Origin: Candidatus Heimdallarchaeota archaeon
GTDB taxonomy: Archaea; Asgardarchaeota; Heimdallarchaeia; Hodarchaeales; Hodarchaeaceae
NCBI GenBank assembly: GCA_048881705.1
Contig: JBHLSH010000081.1
Location: 1 to 16,500, forward strand
DNA: 16,500 bases
Direction: 5' to 3'
Position 1 is the first letter of the stretch. The number at the start of each line of letters is the position of its first letter. Both the position numbers and the translations under genes were made by a program. Positions 1 to 8,329 of the stretch are shown in pieces. A model generated the notes under the pieces. That model was not told the origin of the DNA. It did not search any database and saw only the letters and a list, made by a program, of their open reading frames with translations.

Positions 1-66
1 CAATGCCCGCAGAGATTGGCTCTCTTGTTCGTTTGTTTGTAGTTTTTCGGTCACTTGTTTTTTCAT
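1..66 (-). CDS. 5' end of a gene running off the left edge (MKKQVTEKLQTNEQESQSLRAL...), product unknown
   Basis: ATG at 66-64 with an open frame to the window edge (22 codons). AAGG lies just upstream, and a possible TATA box and repeated boxes lie further upstream. Confidence 0.55.
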   Translation of the reverse strand, partial: MKKQVTEKLQTNEQESQSLRAL

Positions 67-74
67 CCTTGGGA

Positions 75-128
75 ATTTCTAGAAATACTACCTATATTTC
101 CTGAAATACCACTTGAATTTCCTAAAAT
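75..128. promoter_or_regulatory. Three near-palindromic boxes ATTTC-N2-GAAAT with exact 21-bp period (candidate operator array)
   Basis: ATTTCTAGAAAT at 75-86 (perfect palindrome), ATTTCCTGAAAT at 96-107 and ATTTCCTAAAAT at 117-128. The 21-nt units 1 and 2 match at 15/21 positions. TATTTAAA (TATA-like on both strands) is at 138-145. Confidence 0.65.
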
Positions 129-275
129 TGGGAGCGCTATTTAAACCTATACATTGTGGAGGAAAATCAAAAACCGAGGAAAGCACCCTACGCCTCGCAA
201 AAGAAGAAGAATAAACCCTCACAGACAAACAGGGATCAAAAATTCGGTCTATAGGTTAAGTCCCTTCGCTAACGC

Positions 276-903
276 TTGAAGATCGGGGAATTCCACTTCA
301 TGGCCAGTATCATCGGCCCAGATTTCATACATGGTAAGAATATGTTCTATTCTTATGTAGAAAGCCGGAGAACTCGAAAACAGCAAACTGGTCTTTCGTC
401 AGGGAAAAATGACGCATCTCGTGGCCCTTATTTCGCGGGACCTGGCGATAACACCTGATATCCTGGAATGCGTCAACTCCATTCTCGACCGATTTGTCGA
501 GCAATTTCCCTGGGTAGAAAGCAATCAACCTCGAAGCTTCCACCCTTTGCCCAGTGGATTGCCCAACAACTTAACCAGTTAAAATGCCCGCAGGACGGGG
601 ATCTCATATGCCCTATTACTATTTCGTGAGAAAGCTCAATTCTGAAACCCAGCCTGTGCTCAAAAGGCTCGCTCTGGAGTGGCAGGTGCTCTTTGAAGTC
701 TGGAGAGGAGAGACGGTTTGTCTGGATTCCAATCCACGCACGCGGACGAACCCCCGAAGTTGTTTCAGTTCGTGGTTGGGAGATTAGACTCACTTGTTCT
801 AACCAAGATTTTAAATCTCAAGAATAAAATTCCTATGAAAATTAGTGGCCCCGTTACCACCTATTTGATGAGTTTTTTCGGTCAATGGTCAGATTTGGGA
901 TGA
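276..903 (+). pseudogene. Multiply frameshifted gene relic; segment 361-582 resembles an Asgard longin/roadblock-like small domain
   Basis: Protein-like segments chain across frames: 361-582 KAGELENSKLVFRQGKMTHLVALISRDLAITPDILECVNSILDRFVEQFPW; then PFAQWIAQQLNQLKCPQDGDLI; then PYYYFVRKLNSETQPVLKRLALEWQVLFEVW (584-787); then 718-903. The longin resemblance is pattern recognition only. Confidence 0.35.
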
Positions 904-929
904 TTAAATAGTAAGTCATGCTGTCAATT

Positions 930-1739
930 TCAGAAATTCGGCTTTGACCCAAGAATTAACTGAATTTGTTCTTCTAATAAATTATTAAACTTACTTGGTT
1001 CTTCCCAAAATAACATATGTTTGACATTTTCCATAAACACCGCTTTGAAGTGTTTTTCATATTCTTCTCTCAATTCACCCGTATCATAGTACTCTCCAGC
1101 CATAATGCATCTTACAGGTGTCTTAATTTCATTTATTAAGTCCCTAAAATCCCATTTAAATAATTCTTCAAAAGTACTTAACATTGCACGCGGATCTAAA
1201 TCCTGAATATCTGATAAGAGATTTGTGACATCAGATACCGCCGTATTTTCAGGAATGAACGACTTATATAAGTTAGTCATGGATTCAGTGAAATTTTCAC
1301 TGAACGATTTGAGGAATTGAGTTATCTGGGTGGCATCCATTTTAATGTACACAGACGGGCCCAATGAGGAGATTGTATTTAAGGTATCCACCCCAATTAA
1401 CCCAATTACATGATCTGAAACGAGTTTCTCAGCCTCTAACATGACTGCCCCCCCCATGGACCAACCAATCAGGAATAATTTTCGAAAAATAAGCTTATTC
1501 ACCACCGCTTTGACATCTTTAGCAAAAGATTGCATGGTATAAACCTCTCTGGTCCTATCAGATTTGCCATGTCCAGCTAAATCAATGAACACAAGTTTGT
1601 ATTTTGAAGAGAGGGTTTTTTGGTGTTTCCACACCTTTCTATTTGCCCCCAACCCGTGTATAAACAGCAAACAGATGTCTCCATGTCCTTCTTCACTATA
1701 ATAGATTTTATTCCCGTCAAAAGATTCTATTGCCTTCAT
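930..1739 (-). CDS. Alpha/beta-fold hydrolase (abhydrolase_1/6 type, esterase or non-heme haloperoxidase-like)
   Basis: Oxyanion motif LLFIHGLG, DLAGHGKS motif, nucleophile elbow GWSMGG (GxSxG), and C-terminal catalytic His region KHMLFWEEPSKFN; 269 aa. Confidence 0.93.
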   Translation of the reverse strand: MKAIESFDGNKIYYSEEGHGDICLLFIHGLGANRKVWKHQKTLSSKYKLVFIDLAGHGKSDRTREVYTMQSFAKDVKAVVNKLIFRKLFLIGWSMGGAVMLEAEKLVSDHVIGLIGVDTLNTISSLGPSVYIKMDATQITQFLKSFSENFTESMTNLYKSFIPENTAVSDVTNLLSDIQDLDPRAMLSTFEELFKWDFRDLINEIKTPVRCIMAGEYYDTGELREEYEKHFKAVFMENVKHMLFWEEPSKFNNLLEEQIQLILGSKPNF

Positions 1740-1929
1740 TCTTTTCCACTAGATCCAAAATCTAATTACTTTAGCTCGTTACTACGATTTATCTCATATA
1801 AATGGTGAAATTATAGAAATTCAACCTTTCCAGCGTACAGAAACCTCGTTAATCGATTTGATTTTGCTATTAGCCGGTAGTTGAGGGTATTTGAACGTTA
1901 TAAATAAATAACTTTACGAAACGCCTCCA

Positions 1930-2350
1930 CCAGGATCTGCCGCACCAGTTACGTTCAGATTGATTTAGCTGCTTCGATGGAAGCGCGCATGCTGTTCTCG
2001 GACTCTAATGACGGCTTTGGCGGTGGTGACCGCCCTTGAAATCGCCGAATGCCGCCGATACCGCCGTGCCAGTCCTGTCGATCCCGATACGATTATCGGT
2101 CCCCGGCGGCTGGTCCACCTCGTCAAGGAACTGGTCACTTTCTATGAATCTCCTTCGCTCGACCCCCTTCCCTCAGACAAGACGGGGGCGTTAAAACGAC
2201 TCGAGGACTCGATCGGAGAGGTCTGTGTGATATTAGTATTTCCCTTCCGTCCGACCATGACCCGCCGTGACGGGGTCTCCCAGTGGCGCTGTTGAAAACC
2301 ACACCCGGTTGTTGCACTGGCACATAACACCGCCGAAGTGGTCAGGCCCA
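1930..2350 (+). pseudogene. GC-rich gene relic or short ORF (2008-2295, 95 aa) of unknown origin
   Basis: About 58-60% GC in lines counted by hand (2041-2220), versus about 30% in a line of the C25 gene. The ORF has GC-rich codons but lacks a clear RBS and a recognisable motif. Confidence 0.35.
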
Positions 2351-2351
2351 T

Positions 2352-2386
2352 CCGTTCTACAAGAACGGGGTACTTTTCTATTTCAA
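2352..2386 (+). terminator. Hairpin CCGTTCT-ACA-AGAACGG followed by a T-rich tract
   Basis: Perfect 7-bp stem at 2352-2358/2362-2368, then GGTACTTTTCTATTTC. It marks the end of the GC-rich segment. Confidence 0.45.
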
Positions 2387-2481
2387 AGCACTTTAAAAGA
2401 TTGGGAGGTTATAACTGTCTGAGTCAGCGAAACCTAACCAATCACCTGAGATAGAGTACGGAGCGGGGCCAAGTCCATGTC

Positions 2482-3168
2482 GTGTCCCAGATCACCTTTG
2501 GAAGTGGCATGATGACAGGACAATCCGCTCTCTCGAAGTTATTGAATGCCACCTTGGCCAGTCAGGAAAAACATCATATTGATCCCTTCGTGGCCGATTT
2601 CCTGGCCATTTGGGTTCTTATCCACGAAAAGGCGAAACAGGTCGCCTTTGACGATATCCTTCCGCTTTGTCGGAAAATTCTCAATACCCACGTTCTTCCA
2701 TTCTACCACAAATATCCCGATGATCCTGTTCTCAAACTTGTTCCACCAACGGAAAAACGCTATGCGTCCATTCTGATCGATTGGAATAAGCGAGGCTATT
2801 ATTACCTTCTACTTCATTTGTTGGTGTATGAGTACTTTTATCACCAGAAGAAGCTTCTTTGGATCTACTTGCAGAAACTACAGACCAATGAGATGAAAGG
2901 CACTAAAGACGCGCTCTTTAACTTTCTCCTTCCCACCTTGACCAACTTTGTAGTCCCCCTGGATCCACTCGATATTGACATATTGAAGACTATTCTCAGG
3001 TTAGAACACAAGGGAGGAAAATTCTTCGGAGACTTTTCAAAACCCGAGATCGGGACATATGTCCGCACCTCGCATATCGATAGGGATCTGAAGGTAGCCA
3101 AGAGGATCAGAAGGGGTGTTATTGTCGGATTCGCGGTTTTTCCAGTCCTACCTGAGGCCAAAGAGTGA
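2482..3168 (+). CDS. Hypothetical helical protein ending in the start of an AsnC/Lrp-like wHTH (LDPLDIDILKTI...PEIGTYV); possibly C-terminally truncated
   Basis: 228-aa ORF with a GTG start. LDxxDxxILxxL is the typical first helix of Lrp/AsnC HTH domains, but the recognition helix looks degenerate. The stop overlaps the next start (GTGA). Confidence 0.7.
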   Translation: MSQITFGSGMMTGQSALSKLLNATLASQEKHHIDPFVADFLAIWVLIHEKAKQVAFDDILPLCRKILNTHVLPFYHKYPDDPVLKLVPPTEKRYASILIDWNKRGYYYLLLHLLVYEYFYHQKKLLWIYLQKLQTNEMKGTKDALFNFLLPTLTNFVVPLDPLDIDILKTILRLEHKGGKFFGDFSKPEIGTYVRTSHIDRDLKVAKRIRRGVIVGFAVFPVLPEAKE

Positions 3169-4091
3169 GACGGATGAATAATCATCCAGGTCAGAAAACT
3201 TCTCATATTTGGAAGTGCTTACTCCAGGTAGGAGTTCTCGGAACAACTCTCTTTTCGGGTTTTCTAATACTTGGTTCTTTAATATTTCCTAGACTAGTCA
3301 TCGTTGCGGTATTTGGCTTGACTATAAGCGCTGTCCTTACGATACTAGGGAGTATTGGGTACTTGGGAGGGGGCGGGCTAACAAAATCACAATTTCTTGG
3401 AGTGATTAGGGGAACCCAGCTCCATACATTTGTTTCCATCATCCTAGTTGCCTGGAACTTGATCATCATTCCTGCTGTCATCTCTGGGGTCATATTCTTT
3501 CATTCAATCGCCTTATATATACAATCATCCTTTCTATTCCCATTTTATGGGTCGGGTGTGCATTCTTTCGAAGTATATCCGATTTCTCCGTTTCCGCTAA
3601 ACCTATTCACGTTCTATTTGATGCATCCAAATTCGAACGGGAATCCGCTGTTTGGGATTTCTCGTCTGATGGGAATGGGATTTGTGATTTTTACTTGCAG
3701 TTATTTGTGTATACACCTTCTCCAGTTGTTCGTCCACCGCCCAATGACATACACCGATCATTCGCGTAATTTACTGACGATTGAAGCCTCCCTAACACTC
3801 CTCGTCCTGCTATTCCTGGGAGTGAACCTCGTTATCCCTTTGTGGGAATTCTTCGATCCGCGGGCGTACCTTTCTACTATGGTATACCATGGAATTGAAT
3901 TTGTCTTAACCCCTCTTTTGAGCATGTTTATCATCACGTGGTTAATAACGGGTCGCTTTTCGGGCTCAGATTTGGTAATTGGAAACCTAGTAAGATGGAA
4001 ATTTCGAGTTGGCCTGGCTTTCGTGCTGAGTCTTCTCTCAAGCATTCCCTATCTCATGATCCTGGTCCTTCCTTCCTTTTTTTTTGGTTAA
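3165..4091 (+). CDS. Polytopic membrane protein (about 7-8 TM), function unknown
   Basis: 308-aa ORF dominated by hydrophobic segments. It is coupled to the upstream ORF through a GTGA overlap (alternative ATG at 3174) and ends in a T9 run (4077-4085). Confidence 0.8.
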   Translation: MRRMNNHPGQKTSHIWKCLLQVGVLGTTLFSGFLILGSLIFPRLVIVAVFGLTISAVLTILGSIGYLGGGGLTKSQFLGVIRGTQLHTFVSIILVAWNLIIIPAVISGVIFFHSIALYIQSSFLFPFYGSGVHSFEVYPISPFPLNLFTFYLMHPNSNGNPLFGISRLMGMGFVIFTCSYLCIHLLQLFVHRPMTYTDHSRNLLTIEASLTLLVLLFLGVNLVIPLWEFFDPRAYLSTMVYHGIEFVLTPLLSMFIITWLITGRFSGSDLVIGNLVRWKFRVGLAFVLSLLSSIPYLMILVLPSFFFG

Positions 4092-4299
4092 CATTTCGGG
4101 TGTTTTATTGCTGGAACCCATTTATCGCTTTGTTAATGTCCCAGGTACTAAAAATCCTTTCATCCAATACTTAAGTTGTTTTAATAATAATTTTGGATAA
4201 TATAAGGGATGAAAACGTTCCATTTATACTTTTTCAGGAATACGCAAAAAGAAAATTCGATCCATTGCAATAGAAAAGATTTATCTCGAATCAAAAACC

Positions 4300-4339
4300 T
4301 TAAAAGCGTTTTTAATCTTAGTCTATTCAAAATAGACTA
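4300..4339 (+). promoter_or_regulatory. TATA box plus perfect inverted repeat TAGTCTATT-CAA-AATAGACTA (candidate operator of the ArsR-like gene)
   Basis: TTTTTAAT at 4309-4316, itself part of the palindrome TTAAAA-GCGT-TTTTAA (4300-4315). The 9-3-9 perfect inverted repeat at 4319-4339 lies 20 nt before the TTG start at 4359. Confidence 0.7.
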
Positions 4340-4358
4340 CCCTTAAAGTGACTTTGTT

Positions 4359-4997
4359 TTGAACTCTTGGACTCCCAACTTACAAGAATTTCAGGAACTT
4401 TTTTCCAGCGAAAATACATTGAAAATCCTAATATGTCTTAATCAACAAGAAGATAAAAAGGCGTGTTCCTCAGATATTTCACAATTAGTTGACGTTCATA
4501 AGAGTACTGCAAAAAAAATATTGGAATCATTGTATAATAACCAGTTTGTCGAAAGGGAAGTCTATACAGATAAACCGGGAAGACCTACATACTATACTCT
4601 GGCAAAAAATGAGTTCTTTGTAAAATTGGACTTACAATATCTTTCAAAGGACATACAAGCAGGAAAACAGCTTCCTAATCCAGTCATCAGGGAATCCTCC
4701 AGGTTGCCTATTGACACTGATTATGAATTAACGGAAGATGGACGTATTCAAACAATCACTTATCGTAGGCGAACACGGGCCCGGAGACTGATTCGCCAGC
4801 GTGTCGAGCTATCATCGCTGGAAGGAGATTTTATGAAATATTTGCCTCATCCAACGATGCAAGCTAAACCCTTTTTAGATATCTGCCAACAAGCGGGAAT
4901 TAATGAACATTATACCGTTAAAAAAGCCTACATATTTTTAAAAAAAATGATAGAACTGGAGATCATTGAAAAAATTGTTCCAAACTATGAAAAATAA
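4359..4997 (+). CDS. ArsR-like winged-helix transcriptional regulator with an extra C-terminal domain
   Basis: N-terminal wHTH: TLKILICL...SSDISQLVDVHKSTAKKILESL...VER...GRPTYYTL. The C-terminal ~100 aa (FMKYLPHPT...DICQQAGI...FLKKMIELEIIEK) looks like a second winged-helix or PqqD-like unit. Confidence 0.88.
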   Translation: MNSWTPNLQEFQELFSSENTLKILICLNQQEDKKACSSDISQLVDVHKSTAKKILESLYNNQFVEREVYTDKPGRPTYYTLAKNEFFVKLDLQYLSKDIQAGKQLPNPVIRESSRLPIDTDYELTEDGRIQTITYRRRTRARRLIRQRVELSSLEGDFMKYLPHPTMQAKPFLDICQQAGINEHYTVKKAYIFLKKMIELEIIEKIVPNYEK

Positions 4998-6328
4998 TGA
5001 ATAATGGTAACGGCGGGCCGTATATGGTAAACCAAAGCAAATTTGACCAAAAAACCATTGATAGACTGCATAAACAGATTTCTTTGGCGTTCACCAAGAA
5101 GCGTAATCAAATATTCAAGAATACGATCTTGCTGACTGCGATTTTAGTTCCAGCGTTCATCGCGCTCTATTTCCTTTTGGATCTTGTCACAGGAACACAC
5201 ATCGAGAAATTGATTGTCATTTACTTAATATTGGCAGGCTTGGTGGGCATACTTGTTTTTCCTTATTTTGGAATAAGTTCTCTAATTGCATTTCGTACGA
5301 GATACCGAGATTATTTTATCCAGGTGGTTATGTACCTGCAGTTTCTGGCCTTTCCACTTTGCTATATGTTCTATCATATTCTTGCTATTATTCCAGAATT
5401 TGGTCGAGTTTTTCCAAATTGGATTATTTTACCCGTAGGTCTGTACATAGTATTTGGACCTCTATCGATCGTCATTCTTTCGTTATTGGTCATACAAAAG
5501 CCCTTGTTCTGGAGAAACAACCTCGAGGATTATATTACTACACTCCTTAGTCAGCAGGCTATGCATATAATGGAATATAGAGATGGATATACTCCCAGAC
5601 CGTTTTTCTCAAAATTATCTGAAATTAACAACTTCGTTTCAACTCCAATGGAATTTAAATCAAGCATGGAGAACTATGCTAAATTTCTTGCCAAAGAGGG
5701 GGAGATAATTGGTTGGGATATCAATGAAAGGATAGCTACTCTCTATCCAAGAGTTCTTATGAATCCTCCATTCGTTCTTCTAGATATTCGGTTTTTATAT
5801 CGCCTTTTTTACCGTGTTTACAGAAGGTACAGGCTTACCGCAATCACCATAAATCGCAAAGAAAAGGAAATGTCCTTATACATAGCTAGAGATGATTATG
5901 AGGTATTAAATGATGTCACGTTTCATATTTTGGGAGAACAAATACTGGATAGAACCAAGAACTCCATTGTAGCCTTTTTGCAGAAAGATTATGAGCAAGC
6001 CATCTTGAACTATAATCCGCTATACAATGAGATACGTGTAATTAGAAAAGAATCAGGCAGAGCTAGCTTCAAAACCTACATCTTGTACCTGATAGAAGCC
6101 GGACTTGGGATGGTAAGCTTATTCTACGGATGCATAATCTTGACCCTGTTACTCTTCTTCCCTATACTTGTTCCTTCGTTTCCGCTATCCTTTTATTATG
6201 CCGGAATCATTACGGGTTTAATTCTGGTAATAGTTGGTTTATTCCTGATTATTGATGGCATTAAACGAAGATCACGAAATTTTAAATTAAGAGAAAAGGA
6301 AATCATATCTAAAGCAATTGGGACCTGA
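4997..6328 (+). CDS. Polytopic membrane protein (about 4 N-terminal TM, soluble middle domain, 2 C-terminal TM), partner of the ArsR-like regulator
   Basis: 443-aa ORF with a TAATG stop/start overlap at 4997. Hydrophobic blocks at about aa 43-167 and 360-418 flank a soluble domain containing YRDGYTPRP. Confidence 0.85.
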   Translation: MNNGNGGPYMVNQSKFDQKTIDRLHKQISLAFTKKRNQIFKNTILLTAILVPAFIALYFLLDLVTGTHIEKLIVIYLILAGLVGILVFPYFGISSLIAFRTRYRDYFIQVVMYLQFLAFPLCYMFYHILAIIPEFGRVFPNWIILPVGLYIVFGPLSIVILSLLVIQKPLFWRNNLEDYITTLLSQQAMHIMEYRDGYTPRPFFSKLSEINNFVSTPMEFKSSMENYAKFLAKEGEIIGWDINERIATLYPRVLMNPPFVLLDIRFLYRLFYRVYRRYRLTAITINRKEKEMSLYIARDDYEVLNDVTFHILGEQILDRTKNSIVAFLQKDYEQAILNYNPLYNEIRVIRKESGRASFKTYILYLIEAGLGMVSLFYGCIILTLLLFFPILVPSFPLSFYYAGIITGLILVIVGLFLIIDGIKRRSRNFKLREKEIISKAIGT

Positions 6329-6607
6329 AGTTGAAGAGGTTCGGATCCAACGAAAGACCAAACAAGATGTTCAACAGTAACAGTCGAGACTAGCTGTTAA
6401 CTGAAATGCTGATGACAAGTCCAGACTAACCTTTTAGTTGGTGAAATCTACAACTTCTTTGAAAATGCAAAGTGTTTGATTTAACCCTATCCTCCATCCT
6501 TGTTTTTCATTTGCCATTCAGGAGACGTTTTTCCGTCCTGCCCAAAGCTAACAAAATGAGCGCTCTGTGCTCCAAATAAAGAGCCCTGAAATACGGACAT
6601 TCTTGAA

Positions 6608-8329
6608 TCAATTATCCTCTTTTCGTGCCAATAGAGCTACAGCTAAAACGATTCCAAGGAAGGAGAAAGGAGTGCTGTTTGATTCCAAAACGCCAGAAAA
6701 AATTTGGACTGTTGAGAGATTCTTTTGTGATGGGAAAAAATTATTCTTTGACACCGTGATATTTACCTGTTCAAATCTGTTAATATCGTTCGGAAGGGTT
6801 ATCTTTCCTTCGGAGTTAGTAATCCCTCTCCAATAGTAAGTAGAATTAGTTAAGGTAACCCATGCATTATCTATTGGTTCATTACTAGATAGAATGAGTA
6901 ATTGGTCGGTATTGTTTATTCGAAAACTCTCTAATTGGGAGGGAGTTTTGATCCAAATCGGTACTTCTGGATCCCCCATTAAATTATATTGGGTAAGAGT
7001 CCTTAAATCTCCATTTTCATTTCTTAGATTTAATTTGCAATCTTCTGCGTATGCATCTTTTGCTAATGCAAGGGCCTGACCAGGATGATTAGTATCTTCG
7101 GTAAACATCCTCACCCAAAACCGATATAGCAATCCCTGAGTAACCCAACACTTATAGTCTTCCGTATAAATCTCACTATCATAATAAGATGATTCCGAGC
7201 TTCCTATACAGCCAATCCCACTATTTCTAACAATATATTCAGTTAAAGAGGTACCTTCATTGAAACTACCAGTTGAACAGGCAGCTAAGAAATATAATCC
7301 GTTTTTTCCATTTGTTTCAAATTCAGTTAAAGTCGAAATTAAAACCTTTGAAGCTATAATATCCTCTCCCTGATCAAATAGATTATCGCCATCGACGTCC
7401 GCAGCGAATATACTTCTATACATTTCAGTAGATGAGCCATGAGCATCAATCTGGACTATCCCTGCACCTGAATTAATTAATTGAACCAAATTATCTTGAG
7501 AAGTAGGGTAATCATAGGGATAATCAGTTGTTTTCAATCCTTCTACTTCCCCCAGCATCACTGAAGTCCAATGTGAAGGGATTACATTATTCCTTAACCA
7601 ATTATGATTCCTGTTAGTATCAAATTCCTTCCAATCGTCCTCATCAAACCTATCATTATTGTTTGAGTCAGAATTAAAATTCGCGAAAGTACCACCAAAC
7701 AGTGCTGTATTCATCCATGAACCAGGTGGAGGATTTTTTTCATAATCAATTATCCTATCGACTAGATCCTTCATTTGATTTTCGTTGTCCGCTGGTAATC
7801 TTCCAACATAAACCTCTGGTTTCCATTCTGACCCATTCACAATGCTAGTAATTTCTGAATCATCAATAAGCCAATCGTTATCTAAATTCCCGTAGTAACT
7901 ATCGCAACTGATATTTACACCGTCTACTAGCAAGCTCTTGCTGGGAATGAAATCTTCTCCACCAGCCAATACAACCCAGGTTGTTTTGTTATTTCTATAA
8001 TAATCTTGTATGCAATGTCTAATCTTTTCTGTCAACGAATCCCCCTCATATTTAGGAGAAATAGTTTCAATTGTTTTTGTGTTAACAATTAATCCCCGTT
8101 GAGATTTCCATGTGACTAAAGGTTGCAGTTCATCTAAGAACTGATCTGTAGAGATTATCAGATAATCAATTGCATTTGGAATACTTAAGGATTGATCATT
8201 TACAAATATCCCGCTTACTTGGGACGCTGAAATATTCACAAATAAAGTTAATTGATAAACAACGGTTAGAAGTACTAAAGACCACAAAAATTTTGTACCT
8301 AGTTTATCTGTTCTCATATTAAATCCCAT
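6608..8329 (-). CDS. Secreted C25-family (gingipain-like) cysteine peptidase with a C-terminal sorting/anchor tail
   Basis: Signal peptide followed by C25 motifs DYLIIS, WKSQRG, VVLAGG, DSYYGNLD, VYVGRLPA, AHGS (His297), AACSTG (Cys351) and YNLMGDP. An Ig-like beta domain follows, then the tail TPFSFLGIVLAVALLARKEDN. The start may be Met5 (8317). Confidence 0.92.
   Translation of the reverse strand: MGFNMRTDKLGTKFLWSLVLLTVVYQLTLFVNISASQVSGIFVNDQSLSIPNAIDYLIISTDQFLDELQPLVTWKSQRGLIVNTKTIETISPKYEGDSLTEKIRHCIQDYYRNNKTTWVVLAGGEDFIPSKSLLVDGVNISCDSYYGNLDNDWLIDDSEITSIVNGSEWKPEVYVGRLPADNENQMKDLVDRIIDYEKNPPPGSWMNTALFGGTFANFNSDSNNNDRFDEDDWKEFDTNRNHNWLRNNVIPSHWTSVMLGEVEGLKTTDYPYDYPTSQDNLVQLINSGAGIVQIDAHGSSTEMYRSIFAADVDGDNLFDQGEDIIASKVLISTLTEFETNGKNGLYFLAACSTGSFNEGTSLTEYIVRNSGIGCIGSSESSYYDSEIYTEDYKCWVTQGLLYRFWVRMFTEDTNHPGQALALAKDAYAEDCKLNLRNENGDLRTLTQYNLMGDPEVPIWIKTPSQLESFRINNTDQLLILSSNEPIDNAWVTLTNSTYYWRGITNSEGKITLPNDINRFEQVNITVSKNNFFPSQKNLSTVQIFSGVLESNSTPFSFLGIVLAVALLARKEDN

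Noticed and set aside
75-137. CRISPR mini-array
   Set aside because: Repeats of 12 nt with 9-nt spacers are far too short, and no cas genes are nearby.
584-787. Possible IS4/IS5 transposase fragment (VCLDS resembling a DDE first-Asp motif)
   Set aside because: There are no further DDE motifs, terminal inverted repeats or target-site duplication. It fits better as part of the frameshifted relic.
4077-4085. T9 homopolymer as a phase-variation switch
   Set aside because: It lies in the last four sense codons, so slippage would barely change the protein. It more likely doubles as an oligo-U terminator.
6329-6607. C/D box sRNA or other ncRNA in the convergent intergenic region (TGATGA near 6411; short hairpin TAACAG...CTGTTA)
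   Set aside because: There is no properly placed D box (CTGA) or terminal stem, and the hairpin is weak.
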